Positions 57,501 through 64,000 of a stretch of DNA of 64,000 nucleotides are shown one piece after another. Made by a program: the position numbers and the translations under genes. This DNA is from Lama guanicoe (Eukaryota). Position 1 is the first letter of the stretch. Every line of letters starts with the position of its first letter. Under the pieces are notes generated by a model. It searched no databases. It had not been told where the DNA came from and worked only from the letters and a program-made list of their open reading frames with translations. The stretch is taken from the NCBI GenBank assembly GCA_013239625.1, contig MU057102.1, positions 3,221,713 through 3,285,712 on the forward strand, written 5' to 3'.

Positions 57501-60500
57501 GCCCTTTTCAGGGAGGAGACAGTTTGGGTCGTGAGGAGACGTCGGGGTGCCCAAGGCTGAGCGGGCACCGTCTGACCCCAGGCTTCTCCTCCACCGACGC
57601 CTCTCAGGAAAAGTGGTGTTCTGAGTTTGGGTTGCGGACCAGGTTGAGGATTCTGGTGTCCGGGTGACACCGCCTGCCCCTCTGTGCCTCGCTGTTTGCT
57701 GACAGTGGGCCGTTTAAAGCGGACTTAGAGGGAAGAGCCGGTTTCTCGAGTACCGGCCCTGGGTTTTGCAGGGAGAGGGCGGGACCTTCCTGGGGGGAGG
57801 TGGGCTGAGGAAGAAAGTCCTGGGTGTGAGAAATGGACGCCCGTGCTCCCCGCATCGCATGGGGCGGCTGCGCGGGGGTCCTGGTCGGGGGTGGGTGAGG
57901 GCGAGCAGGACCTTGCAGATGGGTTGGGGTGGCCATCGTCAGACAGCGTGCAGACGGAGTCAGGCTGCACGGTGCTCTTGACAGAACCGTCGGCCTTGCC
58001 TTTCTTGACTGGTGGGTTTCCTGAAGATTCTTCCCAGTGGTTGAGGGGGGCTGCCCACCCAGACTTGCTGGCTGTGAAACTTCTGCAGAGCTGGGGTTTG
58101 GGAAGGAAGTGTTCTGAGCTTTGCGGCGAAGGTGGGTGTCCCTGAAACCAGATGGCACAGAGGAAAGCAGTTCATGACCCCACAGGCACCCCCCACTCCC
58201 AGTGCCCGGCGAGGGTCTGTGGGCCCTGAGGGGGCAGGACTGTGGGAGAGGACTGCAGAGTGGGCAGGAGGAGCAGAGCGGGGGGAACCCTCGCTACTGG
58301 GTGGTTCTTTGCAGGAGTGGACGTCCCGACCCCTGGGGCAGGAAGGGGCAGTTGTAGGGTGATGGGCTGGAGTGAGCCGTGGGCCCAGCGGGCAGCAGGG
58401 GCGATGCAGGCACATGCGGTGTGGGGCAGCTGAGGGCCGAGGGGCTGCAGCTTCTGAGTGCCGTACCTTCCGGGGGGTCGCAGCCCCCAGCCCCCACGTG
58501 TGCAAGTGTGTACCTTCATAGGGCGTATGTGTATGTGTGTGACTGTGTGTGTGCTGTGTGGACAGCTGCAAGGATCAGAATCCTGGTTCCCATGTACCCT
58601 GCCCTCTGCTGGGGTGGGCGGTTCTGCCCTTGCGGAATTCCGGGCCAATGACGGCCGTGACCACCTTCTGCCTCGGAGAGGCCGCTCTGCAGAGAGGCTG
58701 GGGGAGAGCGTGGAGGAGCCGGCAGCTGGGACGTAGGAAGAGGTTTGGGGGTCACACTGGCCCTCAAACTAGAAATGGGAGATGGGGGCCCGGCCAGGCA
58801 GGACCGAGACGCCTGCCTCCGCAAAGGGAGAGACCTGTCACGTGATACCCAGGCTTGGTGGTCCTGATGCGTCTCTCCTTCCTTCTGCAGTCGTCCTGCC
58901 GGGCTCCTGATGACCCCTGTGCTACGGAGACGTCGTCCTAACCCGCCTCTGACTGATTCCACCCTGACCCCCAGCAGAGCGGTGTCTCAAATGAGAGTAT
59001 GAGATAGTACATCAGCCATCTGCGGCCACGTGACAAACAGCACTGTGTGTGCTGTGTTCCCCAGGGTCAGGCCCCCAGGAGCAGCTCAGGCCCGCTGGTT
59101 CTGCTGAGGGTCGCCGCAAGGTGGTAGCCACGCTGGCAGCCGGGCTGCAGGCACGTGAAGGCTGGGGCTGGGCGGGAGGGGCCACCGCCAGGCTCCTTCG
59201 TGTGTCAAGTTTGGTGGAACCCACTGAAAAGCCACTGGGGCCCAGGGTGTGTGTGGATTTAAACAGCTCACACGTTCAGGGTTTCCTTTTGTTTCGGTTT
59301 GTTTTAAACTGTGTATTTCTGGGATATGGTTTATTTAAGGTTTCAGTTTTGGGAACAAATTGCTCGTTGTATTTCTCAGGGCCTCTGTACTTGTCTTTTT
59401 TATCCCCGACGTGAATGATCGAATGTGCAGATAGCTTGTGAGCAAATCACAAAATTGACTGTTTGAAAGAGTCTTGTGAAAAACTTCTGTCAGTTCTGAT
59501 CATCTTTCTAGGGGATGGGGCCCAGGTCTGGGCGGACGCAGAGCCCAGTTTCCAGCCCTGCCCCTCGGTCAGGCTGGCAGCCCCTCTGTCCCTCACCAGC
59601 CCCCAGCTTGCGGCCTCTTGAAACTGAGCATTTGAGTGACAGTTCTTTGGTGGGTCAGGGGACACTACTGTGGTCTGTGTTGACTCACACCACCTCTCAC
59701 ACCGAACGTGTGGGTTTTCCCCACTGCACACACACCTCCAGTTCTCTGCAGACACCAGCTGGGTGTCCGACAGTTCGATTCAGTTCTGACACTTAACTGC
59801 CCGGCGTCAGTGCAGACCCTGCAGGGTGAGGCTCAGCCCCACAGACAGCCTCACCTCGGGCACTAGGCCCGAGTCCCCGGCCTCCTGCATTTCCCGCCGA
59901 CCAGCTGTAAATCAGGGGTTCCCTAATCTGCTGTAACAGCTCACAGAACTCGGGAAAGCACCGCCTTACTGACACCTGTGTACTATAAAGGCTGCCACTC
60001 TGGAGCAGCCAGCTGGAAGAGATGTGGAGGGCGGGGCGTGGGGAGGGGGCGGAACTTCCACGCCTTCTCCAGGCAGCCCCACCTCCCAGCACCCTAGAAT
60101 CCCGCCATTTACAGGGTTTTACGGAGGCTTCATTACGTGGGTGCGGTCCATCAGGTCGTTGGCCACCAGTGACTAAGGCGTCCCTGGAGTGTGGGCGGGT
60201 GGGTGGAGGGGAGGCCCCTTGTCCTGCTCGTCCGTCCACAGTTTGCGGGGCAGCCCGCGGCAGGGTGCAGGGAGGGCGCTGTGAGCAGGTGCCACAGGCC
60301 CAGAAGTGGCCTGACCCCTTGTCCTGGGCCTGAGGGAGGCTGTGACCGTGTGGGGCTGCTGCGGGGTGGGAGGGGAGCCTGGAGGCGGTGTGGACTCGTG
60401 CTGGCCGCACCAGTCCCCAAGGCCCAGGCAGCCAACTTCGTGGATGGCTTCTTGAGAAGGAAAGTGAGGGTGTGGATTCCGAGGCCTCGTGTGTCCCTGA

Positions 60501-61950
60501 GCGCGTTTGTTCCCTCCTGCCGCCTTAGTCGGGAGCTGGCCCCGGGGACCCAGTCCCTCCGGGCTCGCAGATGCTGGCCCCAGCTTCTAGGCCCCCGCAC
60601 GTTCGCCTGGTCCTTTGTTCCCCGCCCCTCTCTGTCCTGCAGGTTCTGGTGCCTCGTGACGGCAGACTTCGCGTGCACTTTTGTCGGTCGTGCCGGGTCC
60701 CCAGGCGTCTGTCGGGCCCTCAGGTTCTCGCGTCGCTTGGGAGGTGGCTTTGGGGCAGGTGCGCAGCCCCCTTGGCTGCTCCCTGTTTTCTTCGGTCCAC
60801 CTCTGGGAGCCCCAGCCTCCAGATGGGGGTCCCTGACTTTCTTTCTTCCTGTGTCCCTTCCTCTTGTTCAGGGTGAGGATCTTACCTCTGGACGTTGGTG
60901 ACTTGGTTTTCAGGGTGTGTTTTCTTCCCGCGTCGCGCATTTCCTTCAGATCGCCTCCTCTTTGGGTTTACCCTGCCGCCCTCGCACAAGAGGGGCTCCC
61001 CAGGTGTTCGGCAGCATGGGGGTGTCTGCTGGGGTTCCTGACAGGACCAAAGTGCCGGTCAGCCCCTGTGCCCTTCGCTGTGGCTCTTCGGCCGTGAGCT
61101 TTTCACTCAGGGGCCTGGGGCCCCTGAGTCTGTGTCTCTCGGCGTCTCCTTTGGGGCCCAGTTCTGCAGAGAAGCCTCTTCCTGCCCCGCCTGGGGAGGC
61201 TGGGAGCCCAGAGAGGGGGACTGGCCTGGAGGGGTTGGGGGCCCTTGCAGGGTTCCACCTGGGGCCTTGGAGGTGGGTGTTGCGTGGTCTGCTGAGTGGG
61301 GGCCACACTGGGCGTGGTCTGGGGGCCTCTGGCCAGTCCTCCCATGAGTACTTGCTGGGCTTGTGGGTACAGCTCCACACTTGAGTCCCTGGCATCTGGG
61401 GCTGCGCTGGGTGTCAGGCCCCCACCCCGTGGTGCCCTGGGTCCGAATGAGGCAGTGGACAGTGCAGGCCTGGCCAGCCACCCGGCAAGGCGGGGATAGG
61501 GGTGGGCGGGCCTCTGAGAAGGCAGCCCCCAGGGATGGAGGGAGTGTGGCTGACACCCAGGGGACCGAGGACGCCTTGTGTGAACTTGGGGACCCCTCTC
61601 AGGGTCGTTGGGATGCTGCCTCCCCTGTGGCCTCCTGGAGGTGCTTTAAGCCTGTGTCTTTTCTGTTGCAGACTTTAAAAAATTCAAAAAGCCTTTGCTC
61701 CCTTGATTACGAAGACGAGGACGAGGATGACGCCCGAGCGAAGACGGCCGTGTCCTCCCCACGTGACCCCCACGGCCCGCAGCCCCGGCCCGTCGGCCTT
61801 AGCCCGAGGGCCTCACTGGAGTGGGTGACCGCCGAGGGTGAGGGCTGGAGTGGCGGGGACCCTAGTGACTGGGACAGTGCCGGGGAGGAGGGTGCCTTCC
61901 CTCTGGACCGCAGCCGTGAGCTGGACCTGGAGCAGATCGAGAATAACTGA
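51448..61950 (+). CDS. FAM53A: Protein FAM53A (dorsal neural-tube nuclear protein); 4 coding exons, 370 aa
   Basis: Exons 51448-51525, 55197-55251, 56600-57300, 61672-61950 = 1113 nt; MVTLITEKLQNQSLDDL, PPTKRHCRSLSEPDEL, WRPGGSKVWTPVSKRRC, LLRCRSQPCV, RPSLDFLKMT, C-terminal ELDLEQIENN*. Confidence 0.95.
52660..53625 (-). mobile_element. Old L1 (L1M-type) 3' fragment in a FAM53A intron
   Basis: gaggtataatttgcatacagtg...; tcttaatggtgtcttttgatgaaaagaaattctaaatttt...; ctcctatgctttcttcaggaag. Confidence 0.75.
55197..55251 (+). CDS. FAM53A: FAM53A coding exon 2
   Basis: ttcaccttcag|CSAENVSSTGCLFPFETN|gtaagt; phase links flanking exons. Confidence 0.85.
56600..57300 (+). CDS. FAM53A: FAM53A coding exon 3 (intragenic CpG island)
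   Basis: DKHPWKVVS...RPSLDFLKMTR; donor gtgagg. Confidence 0.94.
59665..60170. mobile_element. MER21-like ERV LTR
   Basis: gacaccagctgggtgtccgacagttcgattcagttctgacac...ctcacagaactcgggaaagcac. Confidence 0.7.
61672..61950 (+). CDS. FAM53A: FAM53A last coding exon
   Basis: TLKNSKSLCSLDYEDEDEDD...ELDLEQIENN*. Confidence 0.94.
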   Translation, partial: TLKNSKSLCSLDYEDEDEDDARAKTAVSSPRDPHGPQPRPVGLSPRASLEWVTAEGEGWSGGDPSDWDSAGEEGAFPLDRSRELDLEQIENN

Positions 61951-62391
61951 GCGCTGGGCAGGGGGAGCAGCGTGGGGGCTGGCGCTCCGTTTCTTCCCCA
62001 TGAATGTGCTTTTCGGACACGAGGTGTCACTGTGATGCAGTCTCTCCTAAAGAAGTATTTTGCATTTTTATGGCTTTTACAGTTCTGAGAAAGCGTCTCT
62101 ATTTTGACATGAATTTTCGAAAGGGCGTTCTGTTAACTGGAGTCTGTGTGCAGACCCCAGCCTGGGGTTGTGTTCCTTTTGTAAACTGCTGGCTGTGAAG
62201 GGCCTGTGTGTGGTGTAGCCGTGGGAAACCTGTCCCCCGCGTACTGAACCCCTGGCCTACACTGCCCGCTCCTCCTGCTGTAAGGAGCAGGGCCACGGCG
62301 CGGGCTGCCGGCCAGGGTCGGTGCTCTCTGTGCTGAGGACTTGGGACAGGCCTTGAGGGTGGTGGCCTTGGCCACCCCACTCTGTCACTTC

Positions 62392-62397
62392 AATAAA
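62392..62397 (+). terminator. FAM53A polyadenylation signal AATAAA
   Basis: AATAAA about 440 nt after the stop with downstream U/GU-rich sequence. Confidence 0.75.
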
Positions 62398-64000
62398 AGG
62401 CATTTGCTTTGCACATGTGGCTTTTGCTTCTAACTTTTATCTCCTGAGTTGTGGGGGCAGCTTGGTTGGGCCTCGGCCCTGCAGAGGACAGAACGTCGGG
62501 TCTCCTTTTTTTCATTCCTAATTTCATAACATCATAAGATTTCTACCAAAGACATTGATCTAAGGTTTAAGAAGGCGTTTATGATAGTGAAAGAAGACAT
62601 TTATAATCCTTGGAGATATTTTCTTGATTTTATTCCCCGAGAAAATTTTCGTAGGTCCCTGTCATTAGTGGAAGTGCCTTCTGACTGGTTTGGATTTGGG
62701 TCCAAGGCAGGCGGAGCTGGGAGCGGAGTTCTTTCTGGGTTGGCCCCCTCCCTCCGACACTCCCCTGCCAGGTAGGAGCAGGGTCTTACGACGCACCTCC
62801 TGCCTCAGCGCCAGGTGGCCACCTCCTGAGATGTCAGGCCGCCCTGCAGGGCACTGGCCAACCTTATGCCGCTCGGATAAAATTCAGCGGTACCTCGTCT
62901 GACACGTTTACTTGCAGAACTGAAGTGGCCATGATGGTTTCTCTTCCGATTAACATCAAAGGGTTCTTCCTTTTAAAACCTAAGCTGTGGCTCTCGTCAG
63001 AGTGCGTGGTTCAGGCCGTCCTGAACTCCTGGTCCTTTTGAGGAAGCAGGGGATTGACGTCTGTGCAACAGATGGATGCAGAAAGGACCTCTTTCCCGGT
63101 CCTGGAACAGACCACTCAGAGGCTCCCCGCCACTGTGGCGGGGCCCATCTGGGATGTTGCCTGGACAGTGGGGTTTTGGAAGGTCTCCAGGTTTGGTTGA
63201 AAGAGGGAAGATCAAAAGTAAGGTGCAGCAGAGCCGGGTGCTTCGGGACTGGGAGCCAGGCCCCTCCGCGGTGCCACCGTGAGCCCAGGGGCCTTCCAGG
63301 TGGCGTCTGGGGAGAGCCGGCTCTGCCGATGCCCCGGGCTGTGGGACCCTTCAGCCCAGAGCAAGTCTCGAGTGGGGCAGGAGCCAGGAGGCCACCTGAG
63401 ATGCAAAGGAGCCTAGCACCTGAAAGTGTCACTTGCCTTTCCAGAGCCACCACCTAGCCACGCGTGGTGGTGGGGCCCCGAGGGAGCCTGGGAGCCCGCG
63501 TGGACAGCCTTACCTGGGGGCTGGGGGTTTGGGACCCTGGGTCCCCTGTGCTGAACTCCTAACACCACTGCCAGGGTCTACACTGGGAAGTTATGTTTGG
63601 CGCTGAACTTCTGGAGACAGACTCCGAGTGCTTACCTGTGTGAGTCAGCAGTCAGCGCCCCGTGGTTTGCTCTGGGCTGTGGGGTGGGGAGCCACAAAGC
63701 ACACGGAGACAGGGCCCCTCGGACAGGGTGGCCTGCACAGCCCCGGGGGGTGGGACGGGGCCTTGGAGGTCATCGTGGTAGTGGCGTGGGGCTGGCTGGA
63801 GGGCCCTCCGGGGGTGGCTTCTTGGCGGGGGATGGACAGGGACCCTGGCCTGAGTGGTCTGTGGCAGGACACGGGGGACGCAGAGGGCAGGGGAGGTGGG
63901 GAGGGGTGGGCTCCTCGAATCCCTGTCCAGCTGGGCCGGTGAGGGGGTGGTTTGCTCCAGGCCACTTGGAGTCGGCCCTGCAGGTCTGAGTGGCCTCGGA

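Noticed and set aside
56571-57670. 327-aa and 317-aa antisense ORFs over the FAM53A exon
   Set aside because: Shadow ORFs of a GC-rich coding exon; no independent promoter or splice evidence.
63430-63455. Histone stem-loop-like sequence (TTTCCAGAGCCACC), also CCCTTTTCAGGG near 57502
   Set aside because: Arms do not form the 6-bp GGYYYT/ARRRCC stem, so there is no support for an SLBP target here.

Overview
GC-rich mammalian genomic DNA, not a prokaryotic window. It carries four intact spliced genes in the order known from human 4p16.3: TACC3 (minus strand, 15 coding exons, 785 aa), head-to-head with TMEM129 (plus, 4 exons, 362 aa) at a shared CpG-island promoter, then SLBP (plus, 8 exons, 275 aa) and FAM53A (plus, 4 coding exons, 370 aa). 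I reconstructed every coding exon by hand; all have GT-AG boundaries and consistent phases. Interspersed repeats include L1 fragments of several ages, MLT1 and MER21-like LTRs, MER5A, MIR, L2 and one tRNA-derived SINE resembling the camelid Vic-1 family, which suggests a camel, alpaca or llama host. Most ORFs in the supplied track are GC-content artefacts. I see no clearly new biological system. The best leads are regulatory: a CHR/CCAAT/E2F plus triple ZNF143 bidirectional promoter, an ATF4-like uORF arrangement in FAM53A, apparent loss of the TACC3 Aurora-A Ser34 site, CPE and Pumilio elements in the SLBP 3'UTR, a possible exon-intron trinucleotide duplex in FAM53A, and three minisatellites. 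Comparisons with human or mouse proteins and repeat consensus sequences are from memory and need alignment.
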